Part shown: positions 22,770 to 35,600 of the stretch, one piece after another | Numbering within the stretch: position 1 is the stretch's first letter | How the letters are laid out: every line of letters starts with the position of its first letter | NCBI GenBank assembly: GCA_965240325.2 | Contig: OZ251238.1 | Location: 1,550,001 to 1,614,000, forward strand | DNA length: 64,000 bases | Source of the DNA: Rebecca billardiae RCC1528 | Lineage: Eukaryota > Protista > Haptophyta | Reading direction: 5' to 3' | Position numbers and translations under genes: made by a program | Notes under the pieces: model-generated | The model's database searches: none | What the model was told of the DNA's origin: nothing | What the model saw: only the letters and a program-made list of their open reading frames with translations

Positions 22770-24520
22770 ATGACCGACGTCACACTCGATCTCGAGAGAG
22801 CAGACCAAGACGGCGAGGCGGGTGACACGACCCACTGCATCCCCGAACTCGGTCGAGAAGACGAAGCGGCGCTACAACGCGCGTGGCAGCAAGCTGCTGA
22901 CGATGCCCGCGGTGAGCGGCTGTCATGCCACCTCGCGCGCGCAGATGCGCGGCGTCCCGAAAACCTTCGGTCGATGTCTCGCGAAAGGGGCCGAATGGGA
23001 GGGAGACACATGTGCGCACCCTCCCTTGAATTTGGAACCGGCATTGACCGGCCAATCTCGCGCGATGTCCCCTGCTGCGCAACCTCTCCGGCGCGCTCGC
23101 GCAGAGGTGATATGGTGCAGTCGCCGCAACTCAAGCTGAAGCACCAGCAGGAGGCGCCGAAGGCCGCGGCGGGTGACAGAACGCTGCCGGAGTAGTACCA
23201 GGTGCGATACGAGGCCGCGCCGTTCGCTCGGCAGTGCAGCTCTCTCTTCTCTTTCGTTGCGCGCCGGATCAATCCGAGGGCGGGCGCGTGGTGAGCAGCG
23301 CAGCTCGACACTGGCCAGTGCTCGCAGAGCACCAGATCCCGAGGATGGACAGCGGCGTGGCGGCGAAGCTGATGGCAGCGATCAGCGCCCCACCGGGCTA
23401 CATCGTACCGCCGGGGTGAGCGTCGGGAGTGATGCGCTCTCTGATGTGGGCGATCGCGAGCGCGCACTTTCTGATGTGCGCTCGTGGATGCAGCTCGAGG
23501 CGGGGAGGGCCATCAGCGGGTGTGACCCTAAGCCGTGCCCTGCTGCGACAGGGGCGGGAGCTGATGGAGGATCCTGTCGCCGACGCAGTAAGCGCGCCGT
23601 TGAGCACCTCGGCCTGCAGGAGTCCGTGCTTCGTTCGTCATCATGGCGAGCAGCGCGCGGAATCTGGGCGCGACGAGCAGCGTGATCGGATGCGCGCGTC
23701 CGGACGAGCCAATCATGTCTTTCGACTTTCAGCACCCTGCTCCGCGGGCCCGTGCGCTTCGGGCAGGAGGCCTCGTCATCAGTCGTCTGATGCCCTGCAT
23801 GACGCTGCCATACTACTACGACACACGTACGCGTGAGTCGCTGTGAGTCATATATCGATGCGATCGTCGCACAGCAGTGGCGCTGCACGGCCGCGGAGCC
23901 CAGGGCTGACGATCAGTCGCGGTGGACCGAGCCGTCGGCAGACGCAAAGTGCGGACACGACGAGGTCGTAGTGCGCGCCGCGTGCGGCCAGGTACCGCCA
24001 GGGCCAGGGCCACGCCCAGCAGAGGATGCAGCACGCGCGTGACGCCATCGTGCCGTGCGAGGGCTACGCCAACGCTGCTCAGGCACCGCAGCAGCCGCAG
24101 CTCACGCTCGGTGCGCGAACTCGTCGGCGGCGTCCGACGACCGCCGCGGAGGTGAAGGTGATGGTGCTTGCTGCGCTCAACGCCTGGTGCGCCTATGCGC
24201 GCGAGCTCAAGCGGTGGACGAGCACGGTCGCGTGCTACCCGCACGTGGTCGTCGCCATCGCCCTTCGCGCCATCGTGCGACTCGGCGGCGCGCTGCACCA
24301 CGCGAGCACACAAGGGTGGGTCTGAGCACGACGGCAAGATCATCGGCAACACGTTCCGCGACCGCGCGTGCCGGCCGGGCGGGCTGAGCTCGAACAGACG
24401 CGGCACGAGCATGCCGCGAGCTGGCCGCGTCGAGCAGGCCGCCAAGCAGGTGATCGTGGGCAAGATCATGAAGAAGCGCACCAACACCGTCGACAAGAAC
24501 GGCCGGCTGCGACTGCGCGC
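22770..24520 (+). pseudogene. Decayed coding-like fragments of unknown origin
   Basis: Short protein-like stretches in shifting frames, interrupted by stops (MTDVTLDLERADQ.., VKVMVLAALNAWCAYARELKRW.., HDGKIIGNTFRDR..VIVGKIMKKRTNTVDKNG). Composition differs from the host genes. No family recognised. Confidence 0.25.
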
Positions 24521-26039
24521 AGCAAGACGGTGCAGCCGGGCGCATCCAGTGGCAGCGGGCCTGCGAGCGAGGTGCGTCTGCGCGAGATCGTCCATGCGCG
24601 TCGCACCGCATCTCCACCTCCGCCATCTGACGCCTGCGCACCGCATGCGCGCGCGGCCGCGCGGTCGCGCGACGCAGGGCGGATTGAGATGACATTTGCG
24701 CGTGTCGCGGGCAGTAACAGACGAGGAGACGAGGTGGCAGGGGCTGGTGAGCGGTGTCTGACGCATGTATTGGGTGGTTGCGCACCTGTCAGTGCCCGTC
24801 CGCGCCGGCTCAGTGTTCTTACTAGGCCGCCGGCCCGCGTCGCGCGGCGGCCACCCTAAAGTACACATTTGGCCGCCATTCTGTTCACCGTGATCCAACG
24901 ACCGGTCCAGACCTCGGGATCTGCACGCCAGTGGGCGGCCCACTGGCGTGCAGATTTCGGGTTTATTTATTCGTCATCAGGTTGGCGCGCGCTGGGGCGG
25001 ACGCTCCCGCCGCCACCTCGCTCTCGCCTTCCGCCGCCAGGGCGAGGCCGCGCGAAGTCCAGTAGATCTTCCGATGGGACGCAGCGGGGCGGTAGCGAAG
25101 CGGTGAACTACTGTCGCTTGCGCGTGGCGCAGCGCGCTTCGCGCCCTAGCACCTCGACGGTCAGCTGCAGGCCCGCGAGAGCGCGAGCGTGCGCCGCCGC
25201 CACATTCAGCCAGAGCCATGCCGCGCCTTGCCTGCCGAGGCAGCAAAGAGGCACGCACGTGAAGCCGCTGGGCACCATGGCGCGCGCCCACGACCGTACT
25301 GTCACATGGCTCACGCCGTCCTGGGATGCGCGCCTCGGGTTGCGCTCAGCGCGCGCATACTTTGCGGGGACGACAGCACGGCTGAAGCCGAGAGGCGGCG
25401 CACACGCCCGTGCGGGCTCAAGGCGCCGAGAAGATGGTCAGACGCGAGTTGCCCGGCGCAGGGCGGCGCAGAAAGGCCCTATGCCTCTGCCCGACCGCGT
25501 GCGCCATCGCCGCGTGCACGTCTACGACTGCGGCGGCGCGGCAGCGGGCGGCGCCTCGCGGCGGATGGCTGTGGCGGGCGCACGCGGCGGGTTTTGAATT
25601 TCTCTCATTTTCCGAGTTTCCCAACTCCTGAGGTCTGGACCGGTTGGATCTGATGATGCTACTCTCGATCTGATTATTCGCGTCATCAGTAGACAGTCGT
25701 ATATAACCGGCCGCGCCGGTCGTCAGCCACGGCGGGACTTCGGACTCGATATCGTCGGCGGGTCCGCCTGGCTGCGCCGACAGCAGACTCGTCATCACTA
25801 TAGCGCAGCTTATTACGACGACGACATGCACATACGTACAGTCGTCGCCGTGCCGGCCGGCCGCAGCTGCTGCGCGCGACTACTGCTATATTGTTCGCTG
25901 CTGCGCTACGCCTACGTCGTACTAATACGGCGCCGGCCGCGTTCGATCAAATACGGTTCAGACTAACGTGACACCGGCCTATATATGGCGCGGCAGTCCG
26001 TCCGTGGATCTGTGGCACGTTTGCGTCCACGTTCTTGCG

Positions 26040-26345
26040 GGGTGCCAGCGGCCGCGCCGCGCTCGAGCTGAGCGCGCGGCGCGCGCGCCCGCCAAGGGCT
26101 GCTTCTGTGGCCTGGCTCAGGCTGCTGCCGAGCGCGGCCCGACGCCATGCGTGGAGCGGGCGCGCGGACGAGCGCCACTAAGCCGTCCAGGCGCCTCGCC
26201 CTCGGTCAACGCTGCCCCCGGGCCCCCCATCCTGCCCTTCATCCAACCTGCGCCTGGTGCGCGTAGTGAGCGGCAACCATCAGGTCCCTCCTCATCGCGC
26301 GTGAGGGCCCGCTCTTGGCGCACAGCTGTCCCGCGTACGATACGC
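26040..26345 (+). repeat. Dispersed copy of the repeat module that is amplified at 50.9-60.5 kb
   Basis: gctgcccccgggccccccatcct...cctgcgcctggtgcgcgtagtgagcggcaaccatcaggtccctcctcatcgcgcgtgag matches ~51130, ~53788, ~54258 and ~60341. Confidence 0.8.
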
Positions 26346-27686
26346 GCCCCCTGCTCACCTGCTGGCGACGCCGCAAGCCAGACTCTGTGCACGTCGCACC
26401 CGGAGCGTCAGGCATCCGCCCGGTCCCAGTCCGAGTCGGTCCCCACGGCACCACATAGTCTGAGGGCAAAATCCCGACCGCGGTGCCCACGCCGCCATAT
26501 GGCTGTGGAGCTCGGCGCGCACGCTTGTTTGGCTCGCATGCGTCACCGCCGACCGCCGATGAAGCGGGCGGCAGCGTGCTCGCGCCTCAGAGTGAGCGAC
26601 TTGGAGCTTGCCGATGCCTCCAGCGCGAGCTGTTGATACCCGTACTAACTACTACCCCCGCTTGCAGTTTGATACACGCCCTCCCCAACCGACAGTGAGG
26701 CTCGTCCACATATCATAGTACATCCGCTCACTGACTCTCCTATCGGCGCGCTGTTCGTCGCATCTATCTGCACCCAGTCCGGGAGGGTTTTGACGACGAC
26801 GTTTAGTGGACGAGGGTGGGGCGAGGACGGCGGGCGCTGGCGAGCCGCAAGGCGGCCGCAGCCCTCATCCAGGCCTCGCAGGCGGACGGCTGAATGCATC
26901 TTCCGACGGCGCTACCATCGGCGACGGCTTCCGTGGGCGGTGACAATTTGCCTGAGCTGCGTGCGATACAGTAGGTGCCGTATTCGCCAATCATGCCTTA
27001 CTGTACGGTCGTGGGCGCGCTCTTCGCGGGCCCACTCGTCCCGATGGGGCGTGGGGCCGCGCCTGGCCCTGTTCACAAGGTGTTTGTGTTCGGGGCAGGC
27101 GAAGGCTCTGTGCCACAACCGGGGTAGGTGGGCAGACAGGGGCTGGCGGCAGCCGAGAGGGGCCGCTTTCCCCCGCCCCCGCTGCTGCGAAGGCGGCGGG
27201 GGTGCGCTGCTTGCCTCCGCAGGCGAGCGGCGCGCAGTTTACGCCGGGCATGTGGACCTGCCCACCCTTCATCTTCCAGTTCTTCCCTTCGGCTGGGGCT
27301 CGATCAGTCGACGTGGCGTCGCTCACAGCGCAGGCAGGTGTTTGGCGCGGCTGCACTCTCGAGGTGGCTGGGATACAACATCCAGGTGCAGCACCCTCCC
27401 CGTGTGGTGTCAGAGCGCGCTCCCGAGCGCGTGCCTCCGAGCGCGGGGCGGCCGCTTGCTGCAATGGCCGCCTCGATGAGGTGCGGCAACGCGCCCCTCA
27501 CCTGCCTGCGCCGGTCTGTTTTGTGGCGGTGTCTTTGTGCAGTGTTGGATGGCGTCAATCACGCCTTAACCAAGTGTGCACGTTAAAACATAGTAAACTG
27601 TATACGTTCTATACTACTAGTAGAGGGTGAAGCCAGATACGGTTTGGGGCAACAATACAGCACAATGTTGAAGCGACGCGCAGTGC

Positions 27687-27749
27687 GGCTTCAGCGCGGC
27701 TTCACGCCCGCTGAAGCCCGCTGAAGCGGGCTGAAGCCGCGCTGAAGCC
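27687..27749. repeat. Inverted repeat / hairpin built from (c)tgaagc units
   Basis: Perfect 18-nt arms ggcttcagcgcggcttca (27687-27704) and tgaagccgcgctgaagcc (27732-27749), extended inward by gcccgct/agcgggc. Confidence 0.85.
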
Positions 27750-29651
27750 AGCATGGACGACGCGCCCGCGACCGTCCGTGCTGCCATTCGCGCCGGCGCC
27801 GTCGCCATCGGCGACAGCCGGCGACAGCCGTCGCCATCGGCGACGGCGACACCCGTGCTCGCGCAGGTCATTCCAGGCCGCGCTCCTTGCCGCCCCTCCC
27901 GCCCCTCTTGGCCCTCGGCGGCCCCCCTCCGGCGGCGGCGCAGCGGCGCCGCCGCTGCCGGCGGCCGCGGCGCCGGCGAGGATGAGGATGAGGATGAGGA
28001 GGAGGAGGAGGAGGAGCCGCCCCGCCGGCGCCGGCGCGCGCAAGAGGAGGAGGAAGAGGAGGAGGAGGAGGAGCCCCGCCGCCCGCGCTCGTCTCGAGGG
28101 CGAGGTGGGAGCAAACGCGAGCGCGTGCCCCGCCCGGCTGGGTTGGGCGCGCCGCCGCGCAGCGGCGCGCCGCTGAGGGCGCGTGATGACGGCGAGGGGC
28201 GAGTGCGGGAATCGCTGCGCGGGACGACCGCGAGGGACCTTGCGGCAAGAGTAGGAGAGCGTCATGCCCCACCTCCCACCCCCAGCTCCACAGTCACCCC
28301 CACGGTCAGCCGCCATTGAGCAACATCGGCGGGCGGAATCTGTGACCTTGATGATCACAGATCAGCCCACCCACCGTGCATGCGCACCGCCGCGCGCGCG
28401 GGCAGCCAGAGATTCACCGCACGGCGACGATCATACGTATACTGTCTCATGTGCGGTAGCCTAAGCGCATAGTCTCATTGCTGGCGGCAGCGGGGTGAGC
28501 GGACCAACCGAGCAGGCCTGAGGCTGCCGACTCCGTCCACGCGATTGCCCTCCGCCGATTCGGGCGACCGGGCGCGGCGCACGGCTCGACGCTCGGCGGG
28601 CTCCGCAGTCGCCATGCAGCTCAGCTCAGCCGTCGCCGCTCGGCGGTCACTGGCGATGGCACCTGCCGACCGCACACCGTGGCTATGTAAGGCATGGCGC
28701 TCTTCCACCAGCACCCCGCCGCTGCTGCCATTTGGAGCCGCAGGTCGCCGCGTCAGCCTGTTGCTGACGAGTGTGCGGCCAGGTAGCCCTGCACCAAGCA
28801 ATGCTGGGCGGGGGCGCAGCGAGACCGCACGTCGCGGGGCCACACGCGGACGGGTCCGCGGCGAAGCACGGGTCGGCACACACTCCTCGCCAACTTGCCT
28901 CCGCCGAAGGGGGCGACTCAACGCCAGGGATCTCCGGATCACTTCACCACGGACGATCCGCCTTCTGCCATGCGGAGGCGCACCAGACGGGTGCTTGCAC
29001 GTGTGCGCGTGCGGCGCTGTGGAGTCAGCAGAGAGGCCAGCGCTCACAGTGTCTACGGCCATCCATTCCTCATCACCCTCGTCCTCGCCCTCGTCGAATT
29101 CCTTGCCAGCCGGCAGCGCGCGCCTCATTCAAATCGCCGCGTGCACGTGGCCCAGGCGGACGCCGGGGGTCGGCGGGCCATCGCGTCAAGGCGGCTGGTC
29201 GGCAGGGCGCGGCACGTCGGCGACCGACTGGGACGCGCCCACTGTCGCCTCGCCACCCGCTAGACTGCGCGGATCGCCGCGACCGTGGCCACCGCGCGCC
29301 CGCTTCACCGGCTTCGTGCGGCTTCGCCGGGCGGCCGCACCCACCTATGCCGGCTTCACGCGAGTCAAACATACCGTCACTGTATTCATCAGCGAGTGCT
29401 TGTTGCCAGCTCCATCTGACCATTCTTCAGTATACGACGCCATCATCGCCGTACTCACGTGCGTACAGTATTCACGCGCGGTTGAGCCCGGTACATACTC
29501 GTCTCCGAACCGCATGTTGATTGCTAGGTCGACCTGTGGTTAAAGCGCACAAGATGCCGCTCGTTCATTTGCGGGCGGGTGGCGAGTTCGGAGCGTGCCA
29601 GCGCCCAGCGCGGTGCATCCTCCGGGTGCGCGCGCGGGCGTGGCTCCGGCG

Positions 29652-32600
29652 ATGCTGCCCCTCCTCGCGCTCGTCGCGCCCGCGATGCACCCCGGCGCGC
29701 TGCTGGGCGCGCTCAGCCCGAGCACGGTCACAAAGCTCGCGTCTGGCACGTCCCACACCTGCGTCCTGTACGGCACCGGCGCGGCCAAATGGTGCGCCGC
29801 GCGGCGCCGCGCCACGCGCACCTCGCGCGCCGCGCCTCACGCGCCGCCTCGCGCGCGCGCGCGCCGCGGCCGACCCTCGCCGCGCCGCGCAGCTTTGGGC
29901 GCGGCGCGAGCGGACAGCTGGGCTACGACGCCACCGCCGACCTCGGCGACGGGCCGAACGAGCTCGGCCTCGCCCTCCCCTTTGTGAGCCTGCCGGACGG
30001 CGCGGCCGTGACCGACCTGTCGGCGGGCGCCGAGCACTCGTGCGCGGTGCTCTCGGACGCGACGGTCCGATGGTGCGTGGCGCGCGCGCGCGCGGAGCGA
30101 CGGGCGCGGCTGGACGCGCGCGCATGCACCGCGCGTGCGGCACGCGCCGCGTGGCCCGCGCGCTCACTGCGCGCGCGCGCACGCATCCATCGAATCGCGC
30201 GCCGCGGCGTGCCGCCTCCGCACGACGATGCGCCGCGCGCCGGCAGCTGGGGCGCGAACGGCAACGGGCAGCTCGGCACGGGCGACACGACGAGCGCGGG
30301 CGACGGCACCGGCCGCGCGATGGGCAACACGCTCCCCGCCGTCAGCCTCGGCGGCTCGGCCGCGGCGCACGCGGTGCGGTGCGGCGCGCACCACACGTGC
30401 GCGCTGACGACCGTGTCGGGCGTGGTCGGCATCCAGTGCTGGGGGCTCGGGTCGAGCGGGCAGCTCGGCAGCGAGTCCACCGCGGACCAGACCGCCCCCG
30501 GCGCGCAGCTCTCCCTCGGCACCGGCCTCAACGTCTCGTCATTCGACGCGCACCTCGGCTCGCACAGCTGCGCCGTGTTCGAGGGCGGCGCGCTCAAGTG
30601 GTGCGCGCGCTGGCGGCGAGGGCGCGCGTGGGCACGCGCGTGTGCGCGCGCCGTGCGGGGCGCCGGCCGGTGCGTGCCGCGCGGCGCGACCGCCGCTCGC
30701 TCACCGCGCGAGCCGCACCCCGCGCGCGCCACGCCCACGCCCCGCGCGCGCCGCGCGCCCGCCGCCGCTCACGGCCCACGCCCCGCCAGCTGGGGCGACA
30801 ACTTCCAGCGCCAGCTGGGCACCGGCGACAAGACGGACTACGGCGGGAGCGCGGGCTCGATGGGCGACAACCTCCCGTTCGCGCTCACCGCCGGCGTCGC
30901 CGAGGTCGGCGTCGGCGTCGCGCACTCGTGCGCGCGACTCAGCGCGGGCGGGCTCAAGTGCTGGGGCCGCGGCACCGACGGCGCGCTGGGCTCCGGCTCC
31001 GCGGCCAACATTGCGAACCCGTCGGCCGCGCCCACGTTCGCGCTGGGCGCGGGGCTGGGCGTCACCGCGCTCGTGAGCGGCGAGCAGTACAACTGCGCCA
31101 TCCTCAGCAACGCCGCGCTCAAGTGGTGCGCGCGCGCGCAGCACGCGGCGCCGGCTGCGCGGCGCCGCGCCGACGCCCGCTCCGCACCCGCCGCGCCGCG
31201 CGCCGCCGCAGCTGGGGCGCCGCCGACGTGGGGCAGCTGGGCACCGGTGACACCGTCAGCCGCGGCGACAGCTCCAACGAGCTCGGCGACTTCCTCCCGC
31301 CGATCTCCCTCGGCGCCGGCCGCAGCGTGACGCGCGTGAGCGTGGGCGCTGCGCACTCGTGCGCAGCGCTGGACGACGGCGCCATCAAGTGGTGCGCGCG
31401 CCGCCGTACCCGCACCCGCACGCGTGCGCGTGCTGCCCGGCTGCCCTCCCGCACGCCCGCCCTGCTGGGTGTCGCGTGGGCGCCGCGACCCTGCCGTGCG
31501 GGGACGGACCCACCGGGAGCCAGCGCCGCGCCGCGGACGCCGCGCGAGACGCGTCGTCTCACGCGCCGCCGCGCGCGCCGCGCGCTGCTACCCGCAGCTT
31601 TGGTCTGGGCGACGTCGGCCAGCTGGGCACGGGCGACACGGCCAACCGCGGCGATACCGCGGGCTCGATGGGGGATGCGCTGCCCGCGATCGGCCTCCCG
31701 CCGCCGCCACCGCCGAGCCCGCCGCCGAGCCCGCCGCCCAGCCCGCCGCCGCCCGACGTTGCGCCTCGCCCGCCGCCCTCGCCGCCGCCCGCGCCGCCGC
31801 CGAGCCCGCCGCCAAGCCCTCCCCCGAGCCCGCCGCCGAGCTCGCCGCCAAGCCCTCCGCCAAGCCCGCCGCCAAGCACTCCACCGAGCCCACTGCCCTC
31901 GCCACCGCCGAGCCCGCCGCCGAGCTCGCCGCCAAGCCCTCCACCGCGCCCGCCGCCCTCGCCGCCACCGCCGGGCCCACCGCCAAGCCCGCCGCCAAGC
32001 CCTCCCCCGAGCCCGCCGCCCTCGCCGCCGCCGAGCCCGCCGCCAAGCCCGCCGCCGCCCAACGTCGCGCCTCACCCGCCGCCCTCGCCGCCGCCCTCGC
32101 CTCCTCCGCCCAGCCCTCCGCCAAGCCCGCCACCGGGCCCGCCGCCATCACCGCCGCCCTCACCGCCGCCGAGCCCGCCGCCGCCGTCACCGCCTCCAAG
32201 CCCGCCGCCCTCACCGCCACCGAGCCCGCCTCCGAGCCCACCGCCACCGTCACCACCACCAAGCCCACCGCCCTCACCACCGCCCAGCCCTCCGCCAAGC
32301 CCGCCGCCTCCGAACCCGCCGCCCAGCCCGCCGCCCCGCCCGCCGCCCTCGCCGCCGCCCAGCCCGCCGCCACCGAGCCCGCCGCCATCGCCGCCACCAT
32401 CACCGCCGCCATCGCCGCCACCATCACCGCCGCCGAGCCCACCGCCGAGCCCGCCACCCTCGCCGCCGCCAAGCCCGCCGCCACCGAGCCCACCGCCGAG
32501 CCCGCCGCCATCGCCACCGCCGTCGCCACCGCTCAGCCCACCGCCGACACCGCCTCCGTCGCCACCACCGAGCCCTCCGCCGAGCCCGCCGCCGCCATCA

Positions 32601-35600
32601 CCGCCGCCCAGCCCGCCGCCAAGCCCTCCGCCGAGCCCGCCGCCTCCGAGCCTGCCGCGGAGCCCGCCACCATCACCGCCGCCATCACCGCCACCGTCGC
32701 CGCCGCCACCGTCACAGCCGCCTAGCCCACCGCCGAGCCCGCCGCCCTCGCCGCCGCCGAGCCCGCCGCCGCCGAGCCCGCCCCCGAGCCCACCGCCATC
32801 ACCACCGCCGTCGCCAGCGCCCAGCCCACCGCCGTCACCGCCACCGAGCCCGCCGCCTAGCCCTCCGCCGAGCCCGCCGCCACCATCGCCACCGCCAAGC
32901 CCGCCGCCATCGCCACCGCCCAGTCCGCCACCATCCCCACCACCTCCAAGCCCTCCTCCGTCACCTCCGCTGAGCCCACCACCGAGCCCACTGCCGAGTC
33001 CACCGCCTAGCCCGCCGCCCAGCCCGCCTCCCTCCCCACCACCGTCGCCACCGCCACCGTCGCCTCCGCCGTTACCGCCACCATCTCCGCCACCAAGCCC
33101 ACCTCCAAGCCCGCCGCCATCGCCGCCACCCCCAAGTCCACCACCGTCGCCGCCTCCCAGCCCGCCACCGTCGCCACCGCCTAGCCCGCCGCCGAGTCCT
33201 CCACCAAGTTCGCCGCCCTCACCACCGCCCTCGCCGCCGCCGAGCCCACCGCCGTCGCCGCCACCGTCACCGCCGCCATCGCCACCACCCAGCCAGCCGC
33301 CCTCGCCGCCCAGCCCACCGCCGCCGAGCCCGCCGCCAAGCCCGCCGCCATCACCGCCACCGATCCCACCACCATCGCCGCCACCGTCTCCGCCACCGTC
33401 TCCGCCACCGTCACCGCCACCCAGCCCGCCACCAAGCCCGCCGCCCTCGCCTCCTCCGAGCCCACCGCTGAGCCCGCCGCCGTCACCGCCGCCGTCGCCG
33501 CCGCCCAGCCCGCCGCCGAGCCCGCCGCCCAGCCCGCCGCCGAGCCCGCTGCCTGCGCTACCGCCATCGCCACCGCCGTCACCGCCACCGTCGCCGCCGC
33601 CATCTCCGCCGCCGCCGAGCCCGCCGCCGAGCCCCCCACCGAGCCCGCCGCCGTCACCACCGCCGAGCCCACCTCCGAGCCCGCCGCCGTCGCCGCTACC
33701 CCCAAGTCCACCACCGTCGCCGCCTCCCAGCCCGCCACCGTCGCCACCGCCTAGCCCGCCGCCGAGTCCTCCACCAAGTTCGCCGCCCTCACCACCGCCC
33801 TCGCCGCCGCCGAGCCCACCGCCGTCGCCGCCACCGTCACCGCCGCCATCGCCACCACCCAGCCAGCCGCCCTCGCCGCCCAGCCCGCCGCCGCCGAGCC
33901 CGCCGCCGAGCCCGCCGCCATCACCGCCACCGATCCCACCACCATCGCCACCACCGTCTCCACCACCGTCTCCGCCACCGTCACCGCCACCCAGCCCGCC
34001 ACCCAGCCCGCCACCAAGCCCGCCGCCCTCGCCTCCTCCGCCCAGCCCTCCGCCAAGCCCGCCACCGGGCCCGCCGCCGAGCCCGCTTCCATCGCCGCCG
34101 CCCAGCCCGCCGCCGTCCCCGCCACCGTCGCCACCGCCGAGCCCGCCGCCGAGCCCACCGCCCAGCCCGCCGCCGTCGCCGCCGCCGCCCAGCCCGCCGC
34201 CGAGCCCGCCGCCGAGTCCCCCACCGAGCCCGCCGCCGTCACCACCGCCTAGCCCACCTCCGAGCCCGCCGCCGTCGCCGCCACCGTCGCCGCCGCCGAG
34301 CCCGCCGCCTAGCCCACCGCCCAGCCCGCCACCTTTGCCACCGCCGAGCCCGCCACCAAGCCAGCCGCCCCGCCCGCCGCCGTCGCCGCCGCCACCCAGC
34401 CCACCGCCCAGCCCGCCGCCTTCTCCGCCGCCGAGCCCGCCACCGTCACCGCCGCCGAGCCGGCCGCCGAGCCCGCCGCCAAGTCTGCCGCCCTCGCCGC
34501 CGCCGTCGCCGCCACCCAGCCCACCGCCAAGCCCACCGCCATCGCCCCCGCCCAGCCCACCGCCCAGCCCGCCGCCCAGCCCGCCGCCATCGCCGCCACC
34601 GCCCAGCCCACCGCCCAGCCCTCCACCCTCGCCGCCGCCCAATCCGCCACCGAGCCCGCCACCGTCACCGCCGCCCTCTCCGCCGCCGTCACCGCCACCT
34701 TCGCCGCCACCGAGCCCGCCGCCCAGCCCGCCTCCACCGCCGCCGCCTTCACCACCGCCGTCACCGCCACCTTTGCCGCCGCCGAGCCCGCCGCCGAGCC
34801 CGCCACCCAGCCCGCCGCCCTCGCCGCCGCCGAGCCCGCCCCCGAGCCCGCCACCGTCGCCTCCGCCACCGAGCCCTCCGCCGAGCCCACCGCCGAGCCC
34901 GCCGCCGAGCCCGCCGCCGTCTCCACCCCCAAGCCCCCCGCCGTCACCCCCGCCATCGCCACCGCCCAGCCCACCGCCCAGACCGCCGCCCTCGCCGCCG
35001 CCCAGCCCGCCCCCGAGCCCGCCACCGTCACTGCCGCCCTCTCCGCCGCCGTCGCCGCCACCTTCGCCGCCACCGAGCCCGCCGCCCAGCCCGCCGCCGT
35101 CGCCGCCGCCTTCGCCACCGCCGTCCCCGCCACCGTCGCCACCGCCGAGCCCGCCGCCCAGCCCACCGCCCAGCCCGCCGCCGTCGCCGCCGCCGCCCAG
35201 CCCGCCGCCCAGCCCGCCGCCGAGCCCGCCGCCCAGCCCGCCGCCCTCGCCGCCGCCCTCTCCACCGCCGTCACCGCCACCATCGCGACCGCCGAGCCCG
35301 CCGCCGAGCCCGCCGCCGAGCCCACCGCCGTCTCCTCCGCCGAGCCAGCCTCCTTCCCCGCCGCCATCACCGCCGCCGAGCCGGCCGCCGAGCCCGCCGC
35401 CAAGTCCGCCGCCCTCGCCGCCGCCGTCGCCGCCACCCAGCCCGCCGCCAAGCCCACCGCCATCGCCACCGCCCAGCCCACCGCCCAGCCCGCCGCCCAG
35501 CCCGCCGCCATCGCCGCCACCGCCCAGCCCACCGCCCAGCCCTCCACCCTCGCCGCCGCCCAATCCGCCACCGAGCCCGCCACCGTCACCGCCGCCCTCT

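Noticed and set aside
27753-28319. 188-aa Glu-rich ORF as a gene
   Set aside because: Driven by (gag)n microsatellites, with no recognisable domain, in repeat-derived context.
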